DNA of 64,000 bases from an uncultured Acidimicrobiia bacterium (GTDB lineage Bacteria > Actinomycetota > Acidimicrobiia > Acidimicrobiales > AC-14). Position 1 is the first letter of the stretch. Every line of letters begins with the position of its first letter. Below the pieces are notes generated by a model, which saw only the letters and a program-made list of their open reading frames with translations, was not told the DNA's origin and made no database searches. Location: NCBI GenBank assembly GCA_963836205.1, contig CAWIIV010000019.1:32001-96000 (forward strand), written 5' to 3'. The translations under genes and the position numbers were made by a program. Shown here in pieces: positions 20,414 through 31,163 of the stretch.

Positions 20414-20793
20414 ACATCGACGCGAGGGCCACCGCCAAGGCGATCGCAGTGGGGCGGATGGCGCTGGGGGCCGGCTACTGCCTGGCGCCGGGCTTGGCCC
20501 TGCGGCTGTGGCCGGGGCAGGGCTCCGACGCCGACCCCTCGGCCCGCTTCCTGGCCCGGTCCACCGGCGTGCGCGACCTGGCCATCGGCATGGGCACCCT
20601 CTTCGCCCTCCGGAACGACGGTCCCGCCCGGGGCTGGATGGAGGCGGGCATGCTGGCCGACGCGGGCGACGCCCTCGCCGTCGTCCTCGGTGCCCGCTCG
20701 CTCCCCCGGCGCCGGGCCGTGCTCGCCTTCGCCGCCGCCGCGGGCACGGTCGTGGTCGGCCGGCGCCTGGTCGGCGCCCTGGGCAAGGGATAG
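20410..20793 (+). CDS. Small membrane protein (DUF4267-like)
   Basis: GRMALG, ARSTGVRDLAIG, ADAGDA; ATGA overlap with vanW. Confidence 0.7.
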   Translation: MNIDARATAKAIAVGRMALGAGYCLAPGLALRLWPGQGSDADPSARFLARSTGVRDLAIGMGTLFALRNDGPARGWMEAGMLADAGDALAVVLGARSLPRRRAVLAFAAAAGTVVVGRRLVGALGKG

Positions 20794-20804
20794 GACCGCC
20801 GCCC

Positions 20805-22025
20805 ATGGCCGTGGCGCCCGTCGACGTGGTGGTGGTCGGGGGTGGCCCGTCGGGGGCGGCCGCCGCCATCGTCCTGGCCCGGGCCGGGCGCGACGTGGTC
20901 CTGGTCGACAAGGCCACCTTCCCCCGCGACAAGTGTTGCGGCGACGGCCTCACCGCAGCCGCCCTGCGCGAGCTCGAGTGGTTGGGGCTGCGGCCGGAGT
21001 CGGTACCCGACTGGCAGGTGGTCGACCAGGCGTGGGTGCGGGGACCGACGGGGCGTACCGTCCGCTTCCCCCTGCCCGCCGACCGGGGCCAGTACGCGGT
21101 CTGCGCCCCTAGGGCCCAGCTCGACGCGGCCCTCCTCGACGTGGCCCGGGCTGCGGGGGTGAAGGTCCACGACGGCCATGGGGTCACCGGCGCCCGGGAG
21201 GTCGAGGGAAACCTCGAGCTCGACGTCGACGGCCTCGGTCCCCTGGTCGCCCGCTTCGCCATCGGGGCCGACGGGATGTGGTCGCCGCTGCGGAAGGCCC
21301 TCGGCGCGGCCCCGGCCGGGTACCTGGGCGACTGGCACGCCTTCCGCCAGTACTTCTCCGGCGTGGGACCGGAGGCCGACGGGCTGTGGGTGTGGTTCGA
21401 GCCCGACCTCCTGCCCGGCTACGCCTGGTCGTTCCCCCTGCCCGGGGGGCGGGCCAACGTCGGGTTCGGGATCCACCGGGGGGCGGGTATCCCGACCCGT
21501 GACATGAAGCGCATGTGGCCCGAGATCCTGGCTCGCCCCCACATCCGCCAGGTGCTGGGCGAGGGGGCCGTGCCCGAGGGCGTCCACAAGGCGTGGCCCA
21601 TCCCGGCCCGGGTCGACGACACCCCCCTCACCGCCGGCGGGGGGCGGGCCCTCTTCGTGGGCGACGCCGCCTGCGCCACCGACCCCATGACCGGCGAGGG
21701 CATCGCCCAGGCCCTGCTCAGCGGCCGGTGGGCGGCGGAGGCGATCCTGGCCCGCTCTACCGACGAGGAGCCGGCCGCGGTCGGCGCCGCCTACGAGAAG
21801 GCCATGCGCCGGGGCCTGTTCGCCGACCACCGCATGTCGATGCGCCTCAGCCGCACCCTCTCCCACCGCAAGGGCGTCAACGCCGCCCTCCGCCTGGCGG
21901 GCTCGTCCGACTGGTCCCGCCGCCACTTCGGCCGCTGGCTGTTCGAGGACTGTCCCCGGGCCGTGCTCGTCACTCCCCGCCGGTGGGGCCGGGACGTCCT
22001 CTCCAGCCCGGGCGCCTACCGATGA
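20805..22025 (+). CDS. Geranylgeranyl reductase family FAD oxidoreductase (MenJ-like)
   Basis: VVVGGGPSG, DKATFPRDKCCGDGLT, GYAWSFP, ANVGFG, VGDAA..DPMTGEGI. Confidence 0.88.
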   Translation: MAVAPVDVVVVGGGPSGAAAAIVLARAGRDVVLVDKATFPRDKCCGDGLTAAALRELEWLGLRPESVPDWQVVDQAWVRGPTGRTVRFPLPADRGQYAVCAPRAQLDAALLDVARAAGVKVHDGHGVTGAREVEGNLELDVDGLGPLVARFAIGADGMWSPLRKALGAAPAGYLGDWHAFRQYFSGVGPEADGLWVWFEPDLLPGYAWSFPLPGGRANVGFGIHRGAGIPTRDMKRMWPEILARPHIRQVLGEGAVPEGVHKAWPIPARVDDTPLTAGGGRALFVGDAACATDPMTGEGIAQALLSGRWAAEAILARSTDEEPAAVGAAYEKAMRRGLFADHRMSMRLSRTLSHRKGVNAALRLAGSSDWSRRHFGRWLFEDCPRAVLVTPRRWGRDVLSSPGAYR

Positions 22026-22651
22026 ACGTCGATGTCGAACGGGTGCGCACCGCGGGCGTCTTCTCCCTCGACGGCCAGGACTTCGAGGTGGAGAACAACA
22101 TCTGGCTGGTCGTCTACGGCGACGACGTGGTGATCGTCGACGCCGCCCACGACGCGTCCGCCATCGCGGCCGCGGTCGGCGGCCGCCGGGTGACGGCCAT
22201 CGTGTGCACCCACGGCCACAACGACCACATCAACGCCGCCGTCGACCTGGCCGATGCGGTGTCCGCCCCCATCGCCCTCCATCCCGACGACCGGATGCTG
22301 TGGGACGTCATCCACCCCGGCCGGGCCCCCGACCTCGACCTGGCCGACGGGGCGACGGTGCCGTTGGGACCGGTGCCGCTCACCGTCCTCCACACGCCGG
22401 GGCACTCCCCCGGCGGCGTCTGCCTGTTCGCCGAGGAGTCGGGCGTGCTCTTCAGCGGCGACACCCTCTTCCGGGGCGGACCGGGCGCCACCGGGCGGTC
22501 GTTCTCCGACTTCGGCACCATCGTCGAGTCGATCCGCCGCCGGCTGCTCGTCCTGCCGCCGACCACCGTCGTCCACACCGGCCACGGCGACGACACCACC
22601 ATCGGCGAGGAGGCCCCCCACCTCGACGAGTGGATCGCGAGGGGGCACTGA
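22022..22651 (+). CDS. MBL-fold metallo-hydrolase
   Basis: THGHNDH, HTPGHSPG, FSGDTLF, HTGHG. Confidence 0.92.
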   Translation: MNVDVERVRTAGVFSLDGQDFEVENNIWLVVYGDDVVIVDAAHDASAIAAAVGGRRVTAIVCTHGHNDHINAAVDLADAVSAPIALHPDDRMLWDVIHPGRAPDLDLADGATVPLGPVPLTVLHTPGHSPGGVCLFAEESGVLFSGDTLFRGGPGATGRSFSDFGTIVESIRRRLLVLPPTTVVHTGHGDDTTIGEEAPHLDEWIARGH

Positions 22652-22683
22652 TCGGCCCGCCGGTCCGCGCCGGCCGCCCGTTC

Positions 22684-23151
22684 ATGCCCGGCTACGGCGT
22701 CGTGGGCCCGGGCGAGGGGTCGGGACTGCTGCCGTGGTCGTGGGCCGAGGAGCGGCTGACGACGTCCCGCCAGTACTGGGTGGCCACCACCTGGCCCGAC
22801 GGCCGCCCCCATGTCATGCCGGTGTGGGCGGTGTGGGACGCTGGCTACCTATGGTTCAGCAGCAGTCTGGGCTCACGCAAGGCCCGCAATCTTGACGCCG
22901 ACCCCCGTCTCACGGTGACCACCGACAACGCCCTCGAGCCGGTGGTGGTCGACGGCACGGCCGAACGGGTCGTCGATCTCGACGCCCGCAGCCGGTTCAT
23001 CGGCCTCACCAACGCCAAGTACGGCACCGAGTACTCGGTCGACTTCCTCGACCCTGGCGTCAACGCCACCTACCGGGTGGTACCCGTCCGGGTCATCGGG
23101 CTGGTCGAGGCCGACTTCGCCGGCTCCCCCACCAGGTGGTTGTTCCCATGA
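22684..23151 (+). CDS. Pyridoxamine 5'-phosphate oxidase-like split-barrel protein (possibly F420-binding)
   Basis: LPWSWAEERL, WVATTWPDGRPHVMPVW, SRKARNL, SPTRWLF. Confidence 0.85.
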   Translation: MPGYGVVGPGEGSGLLPWSWAEERLTTSRQYWVATTWPDGRPHVMPVWAVWDAGYLWFSSSLGSRKARNLDADPRLTVTTDNALEPVVVDGTAERVVDLDARSRFIGLTNAKYGTEYSVDFLDPGVNATYRVVPVRVIGLVEADFAGSPTRWLFP

Positions 23152-23181
23152 CTGGATCTCTCCGATGACTGGGGTTCTCCA

Positions 23182-24372
23182 ATGACGATGCCGATCATCG
23201 ACACCAACCGGTTCCGGCGCGAGATCCAGCTCATCTGCAACGTGGCGTCCGACATCCCCACGCTCTTCGCGTCCCTCCGGGTCACCCTCGACCGCAACAT
23301 CGAGTACGAGGGCTGCTCGTGGTTCACGTTCGACCCCACCACCGGGCTGCCGACGTCGCACACGCCGTTCCGGTCGCTGCCCATCGAGGACTCCACCCGG
23401 TTCCTCGAGCACGAGTCCACCGTCGACGACGTCAGCCGGTTCGTCCACCTCGGGCGCGACCGTCCCAACGTGAGCCTCCTGTCCGACGCCACCGGCGGCA
23501 AGCTCGACACCAGCGCCCGCTACCGCGACTTCCTCCAGCCCAACGGCTTCGAGCACGAGCTGCGGGTGGCCTTCGTGCGGGAGGGGCTGTGCTGGGGCGG
23601 GGTGGCCTTCTACCGCAAGGACGACGCTCCCGACTTCATCAAGCCCGAGCTCAAGGCCCTGGCCGGGGTGGTTGAGTTCCTGGGGGAGGCCATCGAGCGG
23701 GCCCACCTCACTGGCGTGCTCAACCGGGAGGACGACGGCAGCCGGGCGCCGGGCATCATCGTGCTCGGGCCGGCCAACCGGGTCGACCTCATCTCCCCGC
23801 CGGCTGAGGTGTGGCTCACGGGCCTGGGTGTGGAGCTGGGCGACGCCTGGTCGACGGTGCTGCCGGGCGAGGTCTACGCCATCGCCAGCCACGCCCGCCG
23901 CACCGGTGCCGGCCACTTCGACGCCGGCCCCGCGGTGGCCCGGGCCAACACCGCCTCCGGCGACAAGGTCGACCTCCACGCCGCCCTCCTGGAGGGCGAG
24001 CCCCAGGGGCCGGTGGCGGTCATCGTCGAGCCCGTGCGGACGACCGCGGTGGCGGAGCCGATCGTGGCCGCCTACGGGCTGTCGCCCGACGAGGCGGCCG
24101 TCCTCAGCCTGGTCCTGCGCGACCGGCCCACCGACGACAGTGCGCCGGTGCTGGCCAAGATCGGCGCCGCCGACCGCCACGAGGCGGTGGCGAAGGTCTA
24201 CACCGACCACTACGCCTCCCGCCTGGAAGAACGCCAGGGCGTGGGCGCCGACGGCTGGTTCGACGGCATCCCCCACCCCCTCCCGGTGGACGACGACGAG
24301 GAGGCCGACGGCGACGGCGAGGACCCGGCCGAGGGCGGTCAAGGGGCCCGTCGAGGCGGGCCTGCCGGCTGA
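23182..24372 (+). CDS. GAF-like + LuxR-type regulator homologue with truncated HTH
   Basis: FDPTTGLPTS, SARYRDFLQPNGFEHELRVAF..CWG, AAYGLSPDE, DHY...GADGWF are typical of the actinobacterial GAF-LuxR family. Confidence 0.75.
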   Translation: MTMPIIDTNRFRREIQLICNVASDIPTLFASLRVTLDRNIEYEGCSWFTFDPTTGLPTSHTPFRSLPIEDSTRFLEHESTVDDVSRFVHLGRDRPNVSLLSDATGGKLDTSARYRDFLQPNGFEHELRVAFVREGLCWGGVAFYRKDDAPDFIKPELKALAGVVEFLGEAIERAHLTGVLNREDDGSRAPGIIVLGPANRVDLISPPAEVWLTGLGVELGDAWSTVLPGEVYAIASHARRTGAGHFDAGPAVARANTASGDKVDLHAALLEGEPQGPVAVIVEPVRTTAVAEPIVAAYGLSPDEAAVLSLVLRDRPTDDSAPVLAKIGAADRHEAVAKVYTDHYASRLEERQGVGADGWFDGIPHPLPVDDDEEADGDGEDPAEGGQGARRGGPAG

Positions 24373-24458
24373 CGATGACGATGACGATGACGAGGCCGCG
24401 GACGCGGACCGCGGACGGCGGCGGCGGCGGCGGCGGGGAACCCGCCGAGGGCGGCTCT

Positions 24459-24833
24459 CTAGGGGCCGTCGAGGCGGGACAGGGCGAGGCGCACCGCGGA
24501 GAGGGCCTCCCCGTGGTCGACACCCAGTTGCTGGACGGCCACCGCGAAGGCCCGGGCCCGATCCTGGAGCTGGCGGGGGTCGGCGGCCGGTAGCCGGTGA
24601 CCCCGCACGAACGTGCCGTGGCGGCCCCGGCTCTCGATGACACCGGCCGTCTCCAGCTCCCGGTAGGCCCGGGCCACGGTGCCGTTGGCCAGGCCCAGGT
24701 CGGCCGCCAGCTGGCGGATGGCGGGGAGACGGGTGCCGACCGGGAGCACGCCGGTGACGGCCATCGTGGTCACCTGGTCCCGGATCTGCTCGTACGGCGG
24801 GACGGGCGACGAGGTGTCGACCTCGATGATCAC
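24459..24833 (-). CDS. GntR (YtrA subfamily) transcriptional regulator
   Basis: SPVPPYEQIRDQ, RLPAIRQLAADLGLANGTVARAYRELE..GRHGTFV; GTGA overlap with upstream gene. Confidence 0.92.
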   Translation of the reverse strand: MIIEVDTSSPVPPYEQIRDQVTTMAVTGVLPVGTRLPAIRQLAADLGLANGTVARAYRELETAGVIESRGRHGTFVRGHRLPAADPRQLQDRARAFAVAVQQLGVDHGEALSAVRLALSRLDGP

Positions 24834-25705
24834 GCCGGCCGCTCCCGGACGGCGTTCCGGCGCACCCTCCAGCCGCCCGGCTCGACCAGGATGCGCCAGC
24901 CGCCGTAGGCGAACCCGAGGGCACACAGACCGAACATCCACCCTGTCCAGCGCAGGATCTCGACATCGGTGAGGGAAACGGCGAACAGCTCCACCGCCAG
25001 GCTGACCAGCACGATCACGACCGCGGCCGCTACCACCGCCCGGGCGCCGGCCGAACGGACGGCGTCGTCGGTGGCGATCTGGAGGGGTGTGCCCGCCGGC
25101 TGCGGCCGATGCAGGAGCAGGCGGGCGAGGCGGGGGGCGGCGAAGGCGAAGGCCACCGCCCCGACCGGGGGCACGACGGCCACCACCGCCCGGCCCACGG
25201 TCGCGCGGTCGTGCATCGGGAGCAGGAGGAAGGCGACCCCGGCGACGACCGACGCTCCCGCGCCCCACGCCAACCAGAGCCGGGCCACGGGCGGTACGTA
25301 CTCGTCCAGCTCTCGGGGCGACAGGCTGGCGACCCGCCGCACCGTGCCCGGCGGTCGCCCGCCGGCGAGCTCGCCGGCGAGGACACCGGCCAGATACCCC
25401 AAGGCCACCGCCCAGAAGTCGAGGAAACCGATGTTGCCCCCCGGACGCGGGGCCTGGTACACCCGCACCTCCAACTCCGGCACCAGGATGGCGACGCTCA
25501 GGCCCACCAGGGTTCCCGCCGCCCGCCACCGCCCGGCGCGCCGCAGGTGGTCGCCGAGCATCTCCTCGTTCTCGGCCGTCACCTCGAGCCCCTGGGCGGC
25601 GGCCCACGCCCGCACTCGATCGGGCCGGCCCGCGGTCAGGGCTCGGTAGGTGGGGCGGGGAACCAACACCAGGAACCATGCCAGCCCGAACAGGATGGAT
25701 ACCAC
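24830..25705 (-). CDS. Membrane protein co-transcribed with GntR
   Basis: ~7 hydrophobic segments, RRVASLSPRELDEYVP, HRPQPA..DDAVR; GGAGGT RBS. Confidence 0.78.
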   Translation of the reverse strand: MVSILFGLAWFLVLVPRPTYRALTAGRPDRVRAWAAAQGLEVTAENEEMLGDHLRRAGRWRAAGTLVGLSVAILVPELEVRVYQAPRPGGNIGFLDFWAVALGYLAGVLAGELAGGRPPGTVRRVASLSPRELDEYVPPVARLWLAWGAGASVVAGVAFLLLPMHDRATVGRAVVAVVPPVGAVAFAFAAPRLARLLLHRPQPAGTPLQIATDDAVRSAGARAVVAAAVVIVLVSLAVELFAVSLTDVEILRWTGWMFGLCALGFAYGGWRILVEPGGWRVRRNAVRERPA

Positions 25706-25718
25706 CGCCCCACCTCCA

Positions 25719-25750
25719 GATCAATGTATCAGTACATTGATACATCGATC
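25719..25750. promoter_or_regulatory. Palindromic operator, probably bound by the downstream GntR
   Basis: GATCaATGTATCA-gtacat-TGATACATcGATC, AT-rich, directly upstream of the operon RBS. Confidence 0.7.
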
Positions 25751-25761
25751 GGAGGCGGGCG

Positions 25762-26571
25762 TCAACCGTCCTGGCGGGAGGTGGTCTGGCGGGAGGTGGT
25801 ACGGAAACCGACGACGAGGGCGATGTTGGCCGCGAACAGCCACAGGCCGAGGAGCACCACCGCGGCCAGGGCCGTCGAGGCGTAGCGGCGCTCGAAGTTG
25901 GCACCCAGCCGCAGATAGGCCACGTAGGCGGCGGACAGCACGGAGATGATGGCGGCTGCCACCAGCGCTCCCCGCACCGTCGCCGGCCAGGTCGGGGCGT
26001 TGCGCGGGAACACCTTGTAGATCACGGCCACCGTTGCCACCGTGGCCGCGAACCCGCTGACCAGGGCCAGCACCAGCCCCAGCGCGATCTCCGGCCCCGA
26101 GTCGCCCAGGGCGGTGGCGCCGGCGTAGCTCGCGACCAGGCTGCCGAGCATGAGCACCGGCACCAGGCAGACGAGCACCAGGGCCGTGCCCCGGCTGCGC
26201 AGGCTGTTCACCGCCCGGTCGCCCGCCACCCGGTCGAGGACGCGCACCAGCGCCGACCCGTAGGCGGTGGCCGGCCACAGCGCCGCGACCAGGGCGGTGA
26301 GGCCGAGGGTGGCGCCCAGGTTGGCGACCTGCTCCAGGGCCCGGTCGGCCCCGAGGGAGGGCGGCGCCAGGCGCCCCAGCTCGTCGGCCACCTGGTGGAC
26401 CTGGTTGTCGCTCACCAGCAGGCTGGTGACCCACAGGGCCACCACCACCAGCGGGGCCACCGAGACCAGCCCGTAGAACGCCAGCGCGGCCGAGTAGAGG
26501 AAGACGTCGTCGGCCCGGGCGGCGACGACGGCCCGGTGGGCGCGCCGGACGGCGGCCTGGACCGCTCCCAT
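25762..26571 (-). CDS. YihY / virulence factor BrkB family membrane protein
   Basis: YSAALAFYGLVSVAPL, ERRYA...AAVVLLGLWLF. Confidence 0.85.
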   Translation of the reverse strand: MGAVQAAVRRAHRAVVAARADDVFLYSAALAFYGLVSVAPLVVVALWVTSLLVSDNQVHQVADELGRLAPPSLGADRALEQVANLGATLGLTALVAALWPATAYGSALVRVLDRVAGDRAVNSLRSRGTALVLVCLVPVLMLGSLVASYAGATALGDSGPEIALGLVLALVSGFAATVATVAVIYKVFPRNAPTWPATVRGALVAAAIISVLSAAYVAYLRLGANFERRYASTALAAVVLLGLWLFAANIALVVGFRTTSRQTTSRQDG

Positions 26572-26576
26572 CCCCT

Positions 26577-26699
26577 TCAACCGTGCTTGGGGACGACCAG
26601 GAGGTCGAGGACCTCGCCGATGGTCCGCTCCCGGCCGATCGAGCTGCGCCGCGGGAGGTGCTCCTGGATCGTGTACCGGTTGCGACGGCCGTCCCTCAT
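26577..26699 (-). pseudogene. C-terminal remnant of a small winged-helix regulator
   Basis: RDGRRNRYTIQEHLPRR...RTIGEVLDLL matches the wing/tail of a common actinobacterial wHTH family; N-terminal part absent because rimM lies there. Confidence 0.5.
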
Positions 26700-26707
26700 T
26701 CTCACTG

Positions 26708-27175
26708 TCAGTCGAGGAGGCCGGCGGGGGGGTCGATGACGAGGCGGCCGGCGGTGGGACCGCTCACCACGAAGACGAGGGGCACCAGCTTGCCGCCGGG
26801 GAGCACGAGCAGGTCGGACGCGGGATTGGCCTCCACCGACTCCACCGTCCCGTAGGCCCGCCCGTCGACTCCCACCACCTCCGCCCCGATGAGCTCGTGG
26901 ATCCACAGGGTGTCGTCGTCGTCGCCGCCCGCCAGCGGTTCGGCCATCAGCACCGTGCCCCGCAGCGCCTCCGCCCCGTCACGGTCGCCGACGCCGGCGA
27001 AGGCCACGATCCACCGCCCCTGGTGGGGCGTGGCCCACAGGAGGGTGAGGTCGCCCCGGTCGGTGGCGAACACGAACCCGGACGCCAACCGCTCCTCGGG
27101 CCGGTTGGTGATCATCGAGACGATGACCTCGCCCTTCAGCCCGTGAGGCTTGACGATCTGCCCGACCTCCAGCAT
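26708..27175 (-). CDS. rimM: Ribosome maturation factor RimM
   Basis: VGQIVKPHGLKGEV, DRDGAEALRG, WIHELIG, IDPPAGLLD. Confidence 0.93.
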   Translation of the reverse strand: MLEVGQIVKPHGLKGEVIVSMITNRPEERLASGFVFATDRGDLTLLWATPHQGRWIVAFAGVGDRDGAEALRGTVLMAEPLAGGDDDDTLWIHELIGAEVVGVDGRAYGTVESVEANPASDLLVLPGGKLVPLVFVVSGPTAGRLVIDPPAGLLD

Positions 27176-27246
27176 CGAGCGGCCCTAACTGGTGACGGTC
27201 AAGGTCCCCACAGGACCTTCAGCGTCACCGGTTCGAGTAGGTGGGC

Positions 27247-27733
27247 TCAGTCGACGATGTCGACGGACGTGTCGACGCCTTCACGGGCGCCGGCGGCCCG
27301 CACGACGGTGCGGATGGCCTGGGCCACCCGGCCCCGGCGGCCGATCACCCGTCCCATGTCGGACGGCGACACGTGCAGGCGGAGCGTCACCGACCGGCGA
27401 CCCTCCTCCACCTCGATGTCGACCGCGTCCTCCTCGTCGACGATCGAGCGGGCCAGGTAGTCGAGCACACCGGCGGACAGCCCTCCGACCACCCGGTTGC
27501 CGTCGACCTCGTCCTCCTGGTCGTCGTCGTCATCGTCGAGGTCGTCATCGTCGAGGTCGTCATCGTCGAGCTCGTCGTCGTCCTCGTCGTCCAACTCGTC
27601 CTCGACGACCGGCCCGTCGTCGATGACCGCCCCCTTCGACCGCCCCGCCTTCATCCTGGTCGTCGAGGTCGGGCCCGTCGTCAACGACGTCGTCCTCCTC
27701 GTCGAGGTCGGCGTCGGCGTGGACGTCGCTCAC
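27247..27733 (-). CDS. khpA: KH-domain RNA-binding protein with long acidic N-terminal extension; probable frameshift ~27632
   Basis: [30 protein letters not shown]; GTGA overlap with rpsP stop gives [15 protein letters not shown]..., rejoining the ORF at a C5 run. Confidence 0.85.
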
Positions 27734-27993
27734 GTGGTGCCCTTGTACTCGCCCCAGGCGCCGGAGATCTCCAGGAGCTTGCGGGCGGGGTCGGACGGCT
27801 GGGCGCCCTGACGGAGCCAGCCCACGGCCTTCTCGTTGTCGATCCTGACCACCGACGGCTCGGCCCGGGGGTCGTAGAAGCCGACGATCTCGATGAACCG
27901 CCCGTCGCGGGGCGACCGGGCGTCGGCCGCCACCAGGCGGTACGTCGGCTGCTTCTTCTTGCCCATCCGCATGAGGCGGAGTTTCACTGCCAC
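27730..27993 (-). CDS. rpsP: 30S ribosomal protein S16
   Basis: [34 protein letters not shown]. Confidence 0.97.
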   Translation of the reverse strand: MAVKLRLMRMGKKKQPTYRLVAADARSPRDGRFIEIVGFYDPRAEPSVVRIDNEKAVGWLRQGAQPSDPARKLLEISGAWGEYKGTT

Positions 27994-28003
27994 GCTTGCT
28001 CTC

Positions 28004-29329
<1,326 letters not shown>

Positions 29330-29391
29330 GCCCGGACCAGGGTACTTGGTCGAACGGGTCCACCCTCCGACCCCCGGGCCGACCGTCGGAG

Positions 29392-29796
29392 TCAGCTACG
29401 GAGACTGCTGGCGACTTCCGGCCGGGCCTCCTCGGGCCGTCGTGCCGGGCGATTCTGGAGCCCCAGCGCCAACGCCGCGCAGGCGATGGCGACGTTGCGG
29501 AAGAGCACCTCGAAGGCGTCGACGTTGGCCGCCATGATGCCGACGAGGGTGGCCGCGGCCAGCAGTGACGCGGCGTAGGTGAGGCGGGGCGTCAGGAGTG
29601 ACAGCGCCAGGAGGAGCTCGAAGACGGCGAACGCCGGGAGCAGGCCCGCCGCCCAGTCCTCCGGAAGGAACGACGGGGAGTACCGGGCGAACGTCGTCGG
29701 GTGCTGGAAGGACGCGGTGGCCGCGTAGAGGAAGACGAACGACAGTCCCGCCCGCAGCAGCCATACCGGAAGCTGGTCGGAGGTGGTCGGTCGCAC
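29392..29796 (-). CDS. DoxX-like small membrane protein
   Basis: WLLRAGLSFVFLYAA...FRNVAIACAALAL, 4 TM; start uncertain (29796 or 29859). Confidence 0.65.
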   Translation of the reverse strand: MRPTTSDQLPVWLLRAGLSFVFLYAATASFQHPTTFARYSPSFLPEDWAAGLLPAFAVFELLLALSLLTPRLTYAASLLAAATLVGIMAANVDAFEVLFRNVAIACAALALGLQNRPARRPEEARPEVASSLRS

Positions 29797-29903
29797 CGGT
29801 GGCGGGCCGATCCCGCCTCGCGCAGCCCAGCCCCGCCGGCGTCGCCCATCTCGCTCCATGCCCTTTGGGGTACGGGTGAACCGCTCCCGCGGATTGGCCC
29901 GCC

Positions 29904-31105
29904 TCAGGAGAACAGGGCGTCGACGAACTCGTCGGGGTCGAAGGCGACGAGGTCGGCGGCGGTCTCGCCCAGGCCGACCAGCTTGATGGGGATGCCCAGG
30001 TCGCGTTGGATGGCGAGGACGATGCCGCCCTTGGCCGTGCCGTCGAGCTTGGTGAGGACGACGCCGGTGACGTCGACCGCCTCCAGGAACTGCTTGGCCT
30101 GCACCAGCCCGTTCTGGCCGGTGGTGGCGTCGATGACGAGGAGGACCTCGGTGACCTTGCCCGGCGGCTTGTCGGCCACCCGGCGCACCTTGCGCAGCTC
30201 CTCCATGAGGTTGACCTTGGTGTGCAGGCGGCCGGCGGTGTCGGCCAGCACCAGGTCGACGTTGCGGGCCGCGGCCCGCTCGACCGCATCGAAGACGACC
30301 GCGCCGGGGTCGCCGCCCTCGTTGCCCCGCACCAGCGTCGCCCCCGCCCGCTTCGACCACAGCTCCAGCTGCTCGGCGGCCGCCGCCCGGAACGTGTCGC
30401 CCGCGGCCATGATCACCGTCCGCCCTTCCGACACCTGCTGGTGGCCGACCTTGCCGATGGTGGTGGTCTTGCCCACGCCGTTCACGCCCACGAACAGCCA
30501 CACGTTGGGCGGGCCCGGCTCGTAGCGCAGGGACCGGTCGGCCATGGTGAGCTGCTTCTTGAGGTCGTCCTTGAGCGCCTCCACCAGCCCGTCGGCGGTG
30601 GTGATGCCCTCCGCCTTGACCCGGGTGCGCAGTTGGTCGAGGAGGGCGGTGGTGGAGCCGACACCCACGTCGGCCCGCAGCAGGGCCTCCTCCAGCTCGT
30701 CGAACGTCTCGTCGTCGATCTTGTCCCGGGTGCGCATGGCGCCCAGGTAGCCGCTGAACAGGCCCCGGGCCTTGCCCAGCCGGTCGCGGAACCGGGGCTT
30801 GGCCGGTGGCTCGGGCTCGACCGGCTCGGGCGCCGGGGCCGGCTCCCCGGGAACCGCCTCGGGCTCGGGCTCGGGCTGGGCTGGGCGGCGGCCAGCACCG
30901 CCTCCGCCTCCGCCACCAGCTCGGCCGCCTGGCGGTCGAGCTCCACCTCGGACGGGATCTTCCGCCGCTTCCTGGGCGGGGCCTCGGGAAGGGCCGACGC
31001 CGGGGGCGGATCGAGGTCGGTTCCCCGGCGGGGGCGGGCGGCGAGAACGGCGGCGACGATGCCGGTGACCACCAGCAGCGCCAGGACCAGGAGGACAAGT
31101 TCCAT
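29904..31105 (-). CDS. ftsY: SRP receptor FtsY with N-terminal TM; apparent frameshift ~30880
   Basis: MELVLLVLALL TM; GVNGVGKTTTIGK, AAGDTFRAAA, DTAGRLH, TKLDGTAKGG. Confidence 0.95.
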
Positions 31106-31163
31106 TTGCCCTCAATGTAGGTGACCCCTGTCACCCTCCCCTCAGGCGGCCCGCCTTCCGGCG

